A stretch of 64,000 bases of DNA from a virus (IMGVR_UViG_3300037234_000551:1-64000); one strand, 5' to 3'. Positions 9,807 to 20,072 are shown, numbered from the stretch's first letter. Notes: a model not told the origin generated them from the sequence alone. Program-made: numbers and translations.

Positions 9807-10091
9807 GAGTTACAAAGGAGTAGAAGAATGCCAGATTCTACGTATGTTTTAGGCTCAAGTCGTTCAGAGACAGCAGTGGTGAGAGATTATATAACGATGC
9901 AAGGAGGACGAGTTAGTCTGCTTTTGTACTTAGTAGAAGTTGACTCACCAATTAAGATCCTTTTTCACGAAATAGTCCCTATTGGTCAGATTGATCAAGT
10001 AACAGATAATACCCTTAAAGATTTGGAGTTATAATTTTACTGGTATTGGCAAACCAGCTGACTTATAGATGAGAGGAGTGAAGAAAATATT

Positions 10092-10532
10092 ATGCAAAAG
10101 ATAATTGTGGGCACCATATTGTTTCTAGCTATGGTATTTCCGAGAGTAGCTTTAACTAGTCCAGTTGTTAAGATGTTCCAGCCTTTGGGTTGACTGTGTT
10201 GTTCTAAGTGGGTGGGACACCTACAAGATAATGGATTTGAGGTCATTAAGACTTACAAGAGTGAACAAGAGATGAGGACTCTTAAACGAGAAAGCATGGT
10301 GCCAGAAGAATTAGAGTCCTGTCATACGTCTTTGGTAGACGGATATATCATTGAGGGTCATGTACCTGGAAGTGCTATTGCAACACTTCTAAAGGAGAGA
10401 CCAGAAATAGTTGGTCTTGCGGTGCCAAAGATGGCCCTTGGTCCGCCCGGGATGGAAGGCACTAAACCTCTATCATACAGTATCTGGGCCTTTACAGATT
10501 ATGGCAGGATATGGGTATATCAGAAAAAGTGA
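10092..10532 (+). CDS. DUF411 (CopG-like metal-binding) periplasmic protein, probable selenoprotein (in-frame TGA at 10191-10193)
   Basis: ATG 10092 gives signal peptide MQKIIVGTILFLAMVFP, then PLG-TGA-LCCSKWVGHLQDNGFEV matching family PxCGCCxxWxxHLxxNGF; SCHT, IEGHVP and GLAVP..GPPGME motifs; hairpin downstream of TGA. Confidence 0.8.
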
Positions 10533-10548
10533 AAGGAGGATAAGGAGG

Positions 10549-11319
10549 ATGAGAAGATTATTTTCGATAATATTGGTGTTTGTGTGTTTGTTGTTGATTC
10601 CATTTGCAGCTAATGCTAAAGATAAACCAATGGATGAGTTTCAGCCCACGCCAGCTTCCTATATCTGGTATGATGCCAGGACCTACGCAGACGATTCTTT
10701 ATCGAGGAGGGTAGGTGGATGGCACTTTGTTGTAGAATGGGCAGGAGATCTTCCTACTTTTGATGATGCGCAAGCTATAGTTGATAAAATCAAGAAAATT
10801 GAGTTCGTCAATAATACAACAGGTCTTGAACTAGTTTTTCTTCCTGAGACATTGCAAAGATATATCTGGAGGGGAAGTCATAGCGTTGGTGCCTACTTAT
10901 GGCTGGGCCACGAATGGATTGCTCAGGGTGAATGGACAGCAACCGTATTCGCAAAGGGTGGAAATTATAGTAAGGATTTCTCCCTTACTAAAGATGAGAT
11001 CCTTGTACCCAAACCTCCATTTATTCAGATTATAGATACAGAAGCAGTCACAGGTGGTACACTAATTACATATAAGGCCCCACTCACTGACTGGGAAGGT
11101 CCCATAAGAGTCATGCTTAGAATTATGACAGACGGGAATGATGATGGTTTCCGTGATGAATGTATAGATCAAATTAATCTTGCTGGTCCTTCAGATCAAC
11201 TCCAAACCGTGGTAGTACCTTATTCTGGAAGTGAAGTGGAAGGAAGAATGGAGTATAGGTATACTATAGGTACGGTTATTGGTGTAAGCCGAACAGTTAT
11301 GTATTTTGATTTTCCATAA
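10549..11319 (+). CDS. secreted hypothetical protein
   Basis: AAGGAGG RBS before ATG 10549; signal peptide ending ANA-K. Confidence 0.65.
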   Translation: MRRLFSIILVFVCLLLIPFAANAKDKPMDEFQPTPASYIWYDARTYADDSLSRRVGGWHFVVEWAGDLPTFDDAQAIVDKIKKIEFVNNTTGLELVFLPETLQRYIWRGSHSVGAYLWLGHEWIAQGEWTATVFAKGGNYSKDFSLTKDEILVPKPPFIQIIDTEAVTGGTLITYKAPLTDWEGPIRVMLRIMTDGNDDGFRDECIDQINLAGPSDQLQTVVVPYSGSEVEGRMEYRYTIGTVIGVSRTVMYFDFP

Positions 11320-11390
11320 GAGTTTTGAAAGGGGCATTTAAGTTTGAAATTTATGGGTATTAAAAATAAAAAATAGAAGGAGGTGGTAAA

Positions 11391-11642
11391 GTGAAAAAGT
11401 TAATGGCATTTTTGGTGGTGTTGTCCTTGACTGTTGTCGTGACTTACTGGGACGGAAAGGAGATACGAACAACTACAGCAGATAAGATGTACACTGGTCA
11501 AGTTGGTATATCACTTTCTGACATTGGTAACCCAGCTGATCGAAATCCGAGGATAAGACCAAAGACTATACTTCCCTATCGTCATATTATTAGAATAGAC
11601 ATCGTTGATGATGGGAAAATCGTACCCTGGTATCGCAGATAA
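11391..11642 (+). CDS. small secreted/membrane protein
   Basis: AAGGAGG RBS, GTG start, hydrophobic N-terminus. Confidence 0.55.
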   Translation: MKKLMAFLVVLSLTVVVTYWDGKEIRTTTADKMYTGQVGISLSDIGNPADRNPRIRPKTILPYRHIIRIDIVDDGKIVPWYRR

Positions 11643-11884
11643 TGGAATATGATCCATGTGTTGGTTGCGGTTTTTGTTGTCTTGAAGCACCTTGTATTGC
11701 TGCTAGTTATTATAACTGGATTGAAAATGGTCGTTGTAGTAAACTCAAGTGGGATGAAGAGGCTAATCGGTACTGGTGCTTACAGGCAAAGGAAAACAAA
11801 CCCTTTGCAATAATGATATACGTCGGAGAAGGGTGTTCGTCAAATTTGAACACTTGGCGAAAAAATGTAAAGGATAGGGGATGA
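11642..11884 (+). CDS. CxxCxxCC (YkgJ-like) putative Fe-S/Zn-binding protein
   Basis: PCVGCGFCC motif plus further Cys residues. Confidence 0.6.
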   Translation: MEYDPCVGCGFCCLEAPCIAASYYNWIENGRCSKLKWDEEANRYWCLQAKENKPFAIMIYVGEGCSSNLNTWRKNVKDRG

Positions 11885-11897
11885 GGGAGGAGGATTT

Positions 11898-12572
11898 ATG
11901 AAAAAGTTATCTGATGTGAATTTTACGAGAGTCTTGGTAGTTTTACTGGCAGCATTTGCTGTCATTGCATGGTCGTGGGGTTTTTCGGATAATACTGTTG
12001 TGCAGAAACAGACTTATTCGTCTGAGTCATCTGGTAGTGCTACATCCGAGTGCAATTGTTGTGGTGCCGCTGATGGGGGCAACTTGAATGTTTGTGATGG
12101 GGATGGTCAGAGATTAGGATTTCTGGTCTCCCATGAAGCAAACGGTAACTGGACTGAGGTCTATGTTCCAGAGGTCAATGCAATAATCAAAGTGAGTTGC
12201 TCATTTAGTCAGGAGAACTATGTTCCTGATAATGAGAGAATCTACTTTGATGATGAAAACTGCGAAGGTAATGCATATGTGGCAACTGGACTGTTCACTC
12301 AAAACTTTAATGATATTAATGTTCTGATTCTGAATGTGGATGGAGATGCTGAGAGATTTTTCAGAGTCTCTGATCCAACTCCTTGTAGTACCACATTTGC
12401 TGCATCACTGGAACCTAATGGGAGTCCCAATCTTCAGTCGGAACTTAATAACTCGGGCAATTGTGTTGCTACAAATGGTGTACCGAGTAAGGTATTTCCT
12501 GTGGATGAAGTGACAGACGATATGCCATTCAATTGGCCACCGGTTTGTCCATGGAGATATTCAGCAAACTAG
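11898..12572 (+). CDS. secreted Cys-rich protein
   Basis: GGAGG RBS; N-terminal hydrophobic segment; multiple Cys. Confidence 0.6.
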   Translation: MKKLSDVNFTRVLVVLLAAFAVIAWSWGFSDNTVVQKQTYSSESSGSATSECNCCGAADGGNLNVCDGDGQRLGFLVSHEANGNWTEVYVPEVNAIIKVSCSFSQENYVPDNERIYFDDENCEGNAYVATGLFTQNFNDINVLILNVDGDAERFFRVSDPTPCSTTFAASLEPNGSPNLQSELNNSGNCVATNGVPSKVFPVDEVTDDMPFNWPPVCPWRYSAN

Positions 12573-12587
12573 TTTGTAGAGGGGAGG

Positions 12588-12806
12588 GTGAAATTATTTA
12601 TGCAGAAGCCTTTGGATTTCCGAGTAGCTCATGCGCAGAAGATTTGTCAATTAGCTGCCCAGTTTGGTACAACAAGAGCAGCTGAAATTTTGAAAATTGA
12701 CCGGTCAGAAGTTTATCGAGCAATAGGGCAAAATCCGGATCTTGCTTATGAAGCAGGATTCAAGTTCCCTAGAAGGAGAAACAAAAAGGCTAGAAAGCAT
12801 GTTTAA
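12588..12806 (+). CDS. small HTH-like protein
   Basis: TTRAAEILKIDRSEVYRAI helix-turn-helix pattern. Confidence 0.5.
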   Translation: MKLFMQKPLDFRVAHAQKICQLAAQFGTTRAAEILKIDRSEVYRAIGQNPDLAYEAGFKFPRRRNKKARKHV

Positions 12807-12898
12807 CGATAGGCGGCAGTCGAGTTTGGCGGGATGCAACCAAATTGGATGCAACCAAGACTCGATTGCTGCCTTATTTTTTTCCGAGGGAGGTAATA

Positions 12899-13309
12899 AT
12901 GAGGGGCAGAAAAGCAAAACTTAATAGGAATAAAACAATTTTAGAACTTAGACTTCAGTCAGGTTGGTCTTTGAATCAGATTGGTGATAAGTATAATTTA
13001 TCTAAACAACGAGTTAGTCAAATTTGTCAAATGTGGGCACCCCGTTTTGGTCTTGAAGAGGAGTTAGAGCAACACATAACTGAAGAGAAATTACAAATGT
13101 TACTTAGAAAGTTGGATAGAGAGCAAAAGGAAGAAACCAAGAAGATGATGAATCAAGTCGAGAAAGATCAGCGTTATATGAATGTGCTCTATTTGATAAA
13201 GGTTGAGGGGAAAACACATCGGGAAACTGCTAAGTTGACCCGTTTACATAGAAATACCATTAACCGTATTAGTAATCACGAATGGGATAATTACAAACAC
13301 TATTTTTGA
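12899..13309 (+). CDS. DNA-binding protein with two sigma-region-4-like HTH motifs
   Basis: WSLNQIGDKYNLSKQRVSQI and THRETAKLTRLHRNTINRI; GGAGG RBS before ATG 12899. Confidence 0.7.
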   Translation: MRGRKAKLNRNKTILELRLQSGWSLNQIGDKYNLSKQRVSQICQMWAPRFGLEEELEQHITEEKLQMLLRKLDREQKEETKKMMNQVEKDQRYMNVLYLIKVEGKTHRETAKLTRLHRNTINRISNHEWDNYKHYF

Positions 13310-13331
13310 CTATTAGAGGGAGGAGGCAACA

Positions 13332-13574
13332 ATGGAATATGATGAAGAAGCCTTGGCGGGGATTAACATCGACGAACCTGTAATGTTTGTGTCTCATTCT
13401 AAGTTAGAACGGTCGGGTGATTCACTCTATAGGTCGGAGTGTCCCGTATGTCTTAAAGGCGTTTTTCTTATGAGACGTAACGAGAAGACTCTTCATCTAG
13501 AAGAGCATGACAACTGCATACTTTGTGGGCAGAGGGTGTTTTATGATGACCTGGAGGATGGGGTCTTAGTATGA
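13332..13574 (+). CDS. small Zn-ribbon protein
   Basis: CPVC...CILC. Confidence 0.55.
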   Translation: MEYDEEALAGINIDEPVMFVSHSKLERSGDSLYRSECPVCLKGVFLMRRNEKTLHLEEHDNCILCGQRVFYDDLEDGVLV

Positions 13575-13584
13575 AGTAGGGAGG

Positions 13585-15183
13585 ATGTTAATGAGGCATA
13601 TCAATAAGATTGCCAGCAGGTTGAGGCTGCTCTCATGTGTGAAACTTGTTAATTGTTGTAGCCTAATAGTAGATACGCCCGGTCTCCCTACTCATTTTGA
13701 AGGCTATGAAGTCAAGCCTGAGTTAATCGACGGTTCAAAATTAAGGTTTATAGGTCCAGACCTTCATGATAAATGGAAGATCTATATTCTTAAGGGAGAT
13801 GAGTGGGTACGCTATATGAGACCAATTTCAAGCGGTATGTTAGAGGGTTTTATTAAAAATCATTATGAGAAAATTCATACAAAAGTAAAGGAGGAAGTTA
13901 TGGTTGGTAAGAATCTTGCTGCATCAGTTACAAAGTATAATATGCTCATGCTCCAAATTACAGCTATGAGTCCGAGGAGTATATTTACTATTGTTGACCT
14001 TGTGGAAGCTCTAGAGAAAGTTGGAGCCAAGATAGATGAGCACACTATTTACAATTATTTGGAACCTCTGATTCAGGCAGGTTATGGTCTACGAAAGATG
14101 AGACCTGTGGGAAAAAAACGCTCCTATTATCAGGTTACTACAACTATTCCTATAGGTATAAGTACTTCACAGGCTAGAGATGAGGCGAAAAAACTTATTA
14201 AGTTGAGGGGAGGAAAAATTATAACTGAGGTTGTTAATTACACACCTGTTCGTAAGGTATTGTTTGATGACTCAAAAGCAGAAGATGCGATAAAGTATTA
14301 CTCGTCCCTACCAACTAGAAAGAGCTGGAGCAGTGTAAGAAAGAAAGCGGTAGGGAGGAAGGGACTGAGTCTATTTGATTCTATGTATTACACTCTACTA
14401 GGATTGGATAAAGGATGTATATTTGTTCTTGAGGATTTGAGGAGTCTTTTGGCGGGTCAGCAAGTGCATATAAATAAACCTGCTCAAAGACAATATATGG
14501 ATATCTTATTTAGAGCAAATTGTGGTATTGATAAAAGGAAAACTAGTCATGTGCTTGGTCGGATTTTTTACTTGATCTCCGATGAACTCCCTCCAAAAAC
14601 TGATGATTTAACATTATCATTTTTTAAAGAACTTGGAAAAGGTGCCCGTAGGAAGATTGAGTATGTTGATTATCCAATTCGCGTTGAAATGAAATTTAAA
14701 GATGATCAGTTGAAGGCGATCTGGGAATCTATTTGTGATTCTAAGGTGCCTGGAGATGATAAGTTGGAGGAGTCCATATCCCGACTTGAGGAAGAAGAGT
14801 TGGATAGTTCCTTCTTAGATCGTCAGGATACAGACGAAGATTTGGGAAGACAAACCTTTACATTTCTGACAAGGCAGATGCAAAGGATTGAACAACTCCA
14901 AGCTAGAGTTGAAGAGTTGGAGAATGCGCCAGATCTCAGACTTGAACTTGAGTCAAGAGAATCTGAAATAAAGAAACTTAATGAAACAATTACTGATCGG
15001 TTTGTTCGAATTACTGATCTGGAAAAAGAAGTGAGGCAAGTTAGGGGAGAGAGTACTAAGAAGTCCGTTCGAATTGCTGAATTGGAGTCGTACTTGAAGA
15101 AGGCTAAAAAAGATTCCGACACGATGACAATTGCAGAGAGAATGAAAGCATTGAAAGAAAAGGTGCGAGGAGAGAGGTTGTAA
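13585..15183 (+). CDS. protein with repeated winged-helix-like segments and C-terminal coiled coil
   Basis: Two similar segments (IFTIVDL..TIYNYLEPLIQAGYGLRK; IFVLEDL..AQRQYMDILFRANCGIDK); long heptad tail; paralog of 31205..32149. Confidence 0.55.
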   Translation: MLMRHINKIASRLRLLSCVKLVNCCSLIVDTPGLPTHFEGYEVKPELIDGSKLRFIGPDLHDKWKIYILKGDEWVRYMRPISSGMLEGFIKNHYEKIHTKVKEEVMVGKNLAASVTKYNMLMLQITAMSPRSIFTIVDLVEALEKVGAKIDEHTIYNYLEPLIQAGYGLRKMRPVGKKRSYYQVTTTIPIGISTSQARDEAKKLIKLRGGKIITEVVNYTPVRKVLFDDSKAEDAIKYYSSLPTRKSWSSVRKKAVGRKGLSLFDSMYYTLLGLDKGCIFVLEDLRSLLAGQQVHINKPAQRQYMDILFRANCGIDKRKTSHVLGRIFYLISDELPPKTDDLTLSFFKELGKGARRKIEYVDYPIRVEMKFKDDQLKAIWESICDSKVPGDDKLEESISRLEEEELDSSFLDRQDTDEDLGRQTFTFLTRQMQRIEQLQARVEELENAPDLRLELESRESEIKKLNETITDRFVRITDLEKEVRQVRGESTKKSVRIAELESYLKKAKKDSDTMTIAERMKALKEKVRGERL

Positions 15184-15204
15184 CTGAATTAATTAGAGTA
15201 AAGT

Positions 15205-15246
15205 AAGGAGTAGCCGTCAGGAGGCCCGGACACTACTCTTTTTTTT
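15205..15246 (+). terminator. intrinsic terminator
   Basis: GAGTAG...CTACTC stem followed by a run of 8 T. Confidence 0.55.
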
Positions 15247-15321
15247 GTTTCTTTAAGAACAAATTAAAAATGTTACTATAGTAAATTCTTGAACAAATAC
15301 CAGGTTATCCGGGAGATAAAA

Positions 15322-16008
15322 ATGGGTTATCCGCAACATCCAGAAACAATTACTATTAAAAATAAGTTCTACCCGAAAGGTTTACGGGAGATAGATACAT
15401 ATAAATATTATCAAAAGATGAAGAGTAAACTTTTGAAGGAAGTTGCCGGAAGAGACCTGATGTTTTACATTGCCACCGATGTTGATAAACTTACTATCAG
15501 ACGATCAGGAAAAGGGACTGAATACATACGTTTAACTAATGCAAATTGGGATGATGAGATTCACGGTCGAGTTGTTAGCATTCACTCAGCAATGAAGAAG
15601 ACTGACAATATTGCCATTGTTGATATTGATACTGATAATTTTGGTAAGGCAAAGAAGGCGGTCGCTGACTGTTATAAAGTTCTCTTAAAGAGAGTTCCGA
15701 TTGTTGATAGAGTTCAAGTCAGATTCACAGGTAAGGCTAGTTTTCATTTGTTTTGTAAGTTGAATAGGACAATGAATGTTGACTCAATTCGACTTCTATT
15801 GAAGAAAGTTCTTTCAACTTCTCCAGAGTTGAGAAATTATGCTGTTGAGTTTAAGAGAACCCCGGGTCAAGTAAATCTTGATCTTGCACCAAATAAATTT
15901 CGTGGCAATTTTATTACATTACATTCATTGTCGACTTGGGGATTGAAATGTATAGAAGTTAAACTAAATAAGGTATCGTCTTTTACGCCAAATATGGCGA
16001 AAATTTAA
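15322..16008 (+). CDS. LigD-type (AEP superfamily) primase-polymerase domain protein
   Basis: K.FYP..L...D.Y.YY N-terminus, DID catalytic motif, FTGKASFH (motif II), VNLD; GGAG RBS before ATG 15322. Confidence 0.75.
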   Translation: MGYPQHPETITIKNKFYPKGLREIDTYKYYQKMKSKLLKEVAGRDLMFYIATDVDKLTIRRSGKGTEYIRLTNANWDDEIHGRVVSIHSAMKKTDNIAIVDIDTDNFGKAKKAVADCYKVLLKRVPIVDRVQVRFTGKASFHLFCKLNRTMNVDSIRLLLKKVLSTSPELRNYAVEFKRTPGQVNLDLAPNKFRGNFITLHSLSTWGLKCIEVKLNKVSSFTPNMAKI

Positions 16009-16154
16009 TGAATGATTTCAACAACTTGAAAATTCATTGTAATTATACAGAACGGCAGTGGATGAATTTTTAAATCTAATAATTTCAATATGTTAGAGTG
16101 AAGATTTCAACAACTTTTTTGTTTTCGAGAAACAATTGAATAAGGAGCAACTGA

Positions 16155-16634
16155 ATGAAGGAAATTTTAGTTTTCACAGACGACATATCTAAGTACGGGG
16201 TCTATCGAAGTTACCTCGAAACTGGAGTGTCGAGTACGAGTTTAAGGGCTACTCTAGATGAAGTTTTTCATCATATTGCAAAGAAGCCAGTTAATGTTGT
16301 GATTGTAGATACTGAAGCACCCTGTGTCCGGAAGAAAGATGTAAAGTTTCTTAGGACTCTAGTTGAAAAAGATATTGAAGTTTTTCTTATGGTTGATGAA
16401 ATTACTGATGAATGTCTGATTGCTTGTAACAAGCATGATCGTGTTACTGTTGTAAAGAAACCATTTGATGCAGACATTCTTGTTGCTAAATTAGGTATAG
16501 GTATGGACTTAGATGCTGCAGAGAAAGATATTGATCAAGAGGCGGTCTGTAGTTTTGATAGTCCATTTTATGATGCAGAAGAAGAACAAGATACCCAATG
16601 TTTGGAGGGAAATGACGATGAAGCATACGGATAA
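16155..16634 (+). CDS. CheY-like receiver-domain protein with acidic tail
   Basis: ILVFTDD...VVIVD...KKPF receiver-fold signature. Confidence 0.6.
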   Translation: MKEILVFTDDISKYGVYRSYLETGVSSTSLRATLDEVFHHIAKKPVNVVIVDTEAPCVRKKDVKFLRTLVEKDIEVFLMVDEITDECLIACNKHDRVTVVKKPFDADILVAKLGIGMDLDAAEKDIDQEAVCSFDSPFYDAEEEQDTQCLEGNDDEAYG

Positions 16635-17067
16635 AGACATGATTATTCTTGAGGAGTTAATTAGACGGGCCTATGAGCATGTGAGGCCATTCAGTTATCA
16701 TAAAGACTTAGAGTGGTTAAGTGATCCGGAACTCCGAGCGGGTCTTTTTGAGAAATTTCCCAAGTGTTATCTAAGTCTTTCAATCAATAGGAAAGACGTT
16801 CCGTTTTTCCCAATCTGTAATCGGATTGGGTTCGTCGATCCTAGGATTGTAATGTTTTCAATGAAACTTGCAAATAAGTTAGCTACTCTTGGAGATCCTA
16901 GGGTTGATGTAACCAACTTGCAGGGTGTGACAAAGAGGCTAGAGTTTTTGCATAGGAAGTACTCTAAAGAGGTTCCAAAACCAGAAGACATGGCTGTCAA
17001 GAAGGCCATGATAACCAGAATGCTGAGTAAAATTAAGAAATATTTGGCCGCTCAAAAGGGTGAGTAA
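16513..17067 (+). CDS. hypothetical protein
   Basis: ORF ending at the RNAP start; real start probably near 16612. Confidence 0.55.
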   Translation: MLQRKILIKRRSVVLIVHFMMQKKNKIPNVWREMTMKHTDKDMIILEELIRRAYEHVRPFSYHKDLEWLSDPELRAGLFEKFPKCYLSLSINRKDVPFFPICNRIGFVDPRIVMFSMKLANKLATLGDPRVDVTNLQGVTKRLEFLHRKYSKEVPKPEDMAVKKAMITRMLSKIKKYLAAQKGE

Positions 17068-20000
17068 TGATTAGACTCCTTGACGTTGATAAGTTTGTCA
17101 AAAGTTTGACTCCGGTAACTTCGACTGACTATTGGCTTAGGACGGGAGAATTTCATCCAGAAGGTCTTTTCTCTGAGTCAATTTTTGGACCAGTTGGTTC
17201 TAGAGATAGGAGAACAAAATACTCGTATGTGAATCTCCATACTACTACAATTCATCCTTCTGCATATACGATTCTAGCTCAGCTAGATAAGAAAGTCGAA
17301 AAGTTCTTATCTACGGAAGAGCAATTTGTTCTGGATACTAATGGTCGGTTGAAAATTGAAGATGGAGGAGTGACCGGCATAAAGGCCTTTATTGAGCTAT
17401 TTCCTGATATAAAGTTTCGTGCTGACACAAGTCAAAGAAAGAAATTTGTTAAAGTACTTAATGATGCGTATAAAAAGAAAACTCTTTTCATTGATAAACT
17501 TCCAATCATCCCTCCAGATTTTCGTTCTGCTTTTCAAGACGATGCCGGCAATTGGGTAGTTGATGAAATGAATGATATTTATCTGGCGATCATACGTCGT
17601 TCATTTCAAGTTCAGAGTTCGGCAAAAACTGGTCCTCTGTTTGATCTGTTGAATTGGGGATTACAATCATCAGTCATTGACCATGATAAGTATATTAGAT
17701 CAAAGATAGCTAAAAAGAATGGAATTATTCGTCAACAGTTAGCTGGAAAGAGAGTTGATTTTTCTGGTCGTGCAGTGATCACACCAGGACCTAGTTTAAA
17801 GGTTAATGAAATTGGCCTTCCATTTAGAATGGCAGTTAGTTTGTTTGAACCTTTCATTATTCATCATTTGTTATATTCTGGAAAGGTTGATAGAGATGCT
17901 CTCGAGATAGGAGTCAAGGCATTTACTGAATTAGAGTTATCTGTTGATAGTGTTCAAAGAGTATTGAAGTCGATTAGGGATGGGGATGAAATGCCTAAAT
18001 CTCTTTATGATTTGTTTGCTGAAGCAGCTGAAGTTGTTATGATTGATAGAGTTGTCCTTTCAAAACGAGATCCAGTATTGCATCCAGAATCTATTCGAGC
18101 TTTTAATCCGAAGTTAGTTCATGGAGATACAATTCAAATAAATACTATGCAAGTGGGTGGATTTAATGCCGACTTTGATGGTGATACAATGGCGGTATAT
18201 CACCCACTTACAAATGAATCTCAAAATGAAGCAAAAGAAAAAATGATGAGAGCTCAGTCAGGTGAGTCCTCAAGGGCAGTAACTTTTGAACTTGGTAAAG
18301 AGATGTATGTAGGACTATATACTATTACTAAAGATGTAAAGAGAACATCATCTCCTATTGCTGTGAGCGAGGAAGATTTAGAAAAGGCAACTGATCCTTA
18401 TATTCCAGTTACATATAGACGTCGAAGAACTACAATGGGTAAAGCTATTTTTAATAGTTGTTTTCCTCAAGACTTTGATTATATTAATAAATTGGCTTCA
18501 AAGAAAGTCATTAATGTTATTGTAGATGAATTGTTTAAGAAGTATGAAGATGACGTTGTAAGAGAGAGCGTTTCAAGAATGGAACGCGTTGGTTTTAAAT
18601 TTGCAACAATTATGGCCCCCAATGTTTCATTAGATCAAATTGAACTTCCAGATGAAATATATCAATTAAAGAAGGATCTAGATAAAGCATCTACTGAAGA
18701 AGCAGATACAATTCTTCGAAAAATGGAGCAGATTTTAAAGAAGCATTTAGAAGGTAAGGGTATATATGATTTAGTTGAATCTGGTGCTGCAAGAGGTTGG
18801 GGGGGTCCAATGCAGATACTGGTAGCAAAGGGAATTGTATCCGATCCCACCGGAAGAATACTAGATCCGATTAAAGGTTCATTTTCCGAGGGTCTGAATA
18901 ATACAGAGTTTTTCAATCAGTCATATGGGTCAAGAAGAGGTATAATTGATCGAGTCCATAATACTGCCGAGACGGGTTATTTCTCAAGGCAGTTAGCATA
19001 TGTTTTAGATTCTGTTGAACTTGATAGGACAGTAAGAGATTGTCGGACCGACCGGACTATGGAGTTAAAACTTGATAAAGATTTAATGAGTCGTATGTTT
19101 GGAAGAAATCTTATTGAGAAAGGTAAAGTAGTACCATTTAATGCAGCTGATTATAAAAGCGGAGATATGGTCAATGTCAGAACTCCTATTTATTGTTTAA
19201 CTCCAAAAGTTTGTTTTACTTGTTATGGTCGTTTGGTTGAAAGACATAAAAGTCCATATATAGGAATGGTTGCTTCACAAATAATTGGAGAACGTGGAAC
19301 TCAGTTAATAATGAGAACATTTCACACTGGTGGAGCTGTTGAAATTAAACGGAAGGAAATGTTGAAAGATATTGTCAGTAATGAACCATCACTTACTCAA
19401 TCAAATATTAAGAAATACTTGGAACAACAAGAGAGTTATTTAGTTGCCAAGGAGGATTGTATTGTAACTATTGATTTATCAAATTACGATATGAATAATA
19501 ATATAAGAATTGCGGATGGGGTAGTATGGGTTAAGAGTCTTTTATGTCAGATAGATTATAAGGATATTCAATTTAGTATTGCTCTAGATTATCCTGTTGA
19601 ACTTCAAGCAAGAAATGTAGAGAAAGTTGGAAAGGAATTTATCAAATTATACTTCTCTAAAAATACTTATGTTCTTGAAGTAACTCTTGAGGCAGTAGAA
19701 ATTGAGAAGCAGGTCAATTATGTTACAAGATTGTTAGCAGGTCGAGAGATTTATAAAGATGTAAGTCATTTATTTAGAAAATTATTTGCTGTTTATAAAG
19801 AGATGTCTGGTATGGATATTGTCCATCTTGAAGTTCTTATATCAAATGTACTAAGAGATAGATCCGATACAAGCACTCCTGCACGATTGGGTAAGACTTG
19901 GGATCCAATAATGATAAACTTTAAAGAGATTGTTTTTACTACAGGTTTTGTCCACTCTGTTGCTTTTGAAGATATAAGGAAAGCTGTTTGGACTGGTTTA

Positions 20001-20069
20001 ACAGCTGATCGAACATTCGAACCTAGTATTCTTGAAAAGGTTGTAACTGGAAAACTTGTGAAAGGTTAA
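17067..20069 (+). CDS. rpoC: DNA-directed RNA polymerase beta'-like subunit (set 1)
   Basis: GLFSESIFGP, GKRVDFSGRAVI, RDPVLH, catalytic NADFDGD, TAETGYFSRQL, C-x4-VC-x2-CYG, GERGTQLIMRTFHTGG. Confidence 0.95.
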   Translation: MIRLLDVDKFVKSLTPVTSTDYWLRTGEFHPEGLFSESIFGPVGSRDRRTKYSYVNLHTTTIHPSAYTILAQLDKKVEKFLSTEEQFVLDTNGRLKIEDGGVTGIKAFIELFPDIKFRADTSQRKKFVKVLNDAYKKKTLFIDKLPIIPPDFRSAFQDDAGNWVVDEMNDIYLAIIRRSFQVQSSAKTGPLFDLLNWGLQSSVIDHDKYIRSKIAKKNGIIRQQLAGKRVDFSGRAVITPGPSLKVNEIGLPFRMAVSLFEPFIIHHLLYSGKVDRDALEIGVKAFTELELSVDSVQRVLKSIRDGDEMPKSLYDLFAEAAEVVMIDRVVLSKRDPVLHPESIRAFNPKLVHGDTIQINTMQVGGFNADFDGDTMAVYHPLTNESQNEAKEKMMRAQSGESSRAVTFELGKEMYVGLYTITKDVKRTSSPIAVSEEDLEKATDPYIPVTYRRRRTTMGKAIFNSCFPQDFDYINKLASKKVINVIVDELFKKYEDDVVRESVSRMERVGFKFATIMAPNVSLDQIELPDEIYQLKKDLDKASTEEADTILRKMEQILKKHLEGKGIYDLVESGAARGWGGPMQILVAKGIVSDPTGRILDPIKGSFSEGLNNTEFFNQSYGSRRGIIDRVHNTAETGYFSRQLAYVLDSVELDRTVRDCRTDRTMELKLDKDLMSRMFGRNLIEKGKVVPFNAADYKSGDMVNVRTPIYCLTPKVCFTCYGRLVERHKSPYIGMVASQIIGERGTQLIMRTFHTGGAVEIKRKEMLKDIVSNEPSLTQSNIKKYLEQQESYLVAKEDCIVTIDLSNYDMNNNIRIADGVVWVKSLLCQIDYKDIQFSIALDYPVELQARNVEKVGKEFIKLYFSKNTYVLEVTLEAVEIEKQVNYVTRLLAGREIYKDVSHLFRKLFAVYKEMSGMDIVHLEVLISNVLRDRSDTSTPARLGKTWDPIMINFKEIVFTTGFVHSVAFEDIRKAVWTGLTADRTFEPSILEKVVTGKLVKG

Positions 20070-20072
20070 GAG

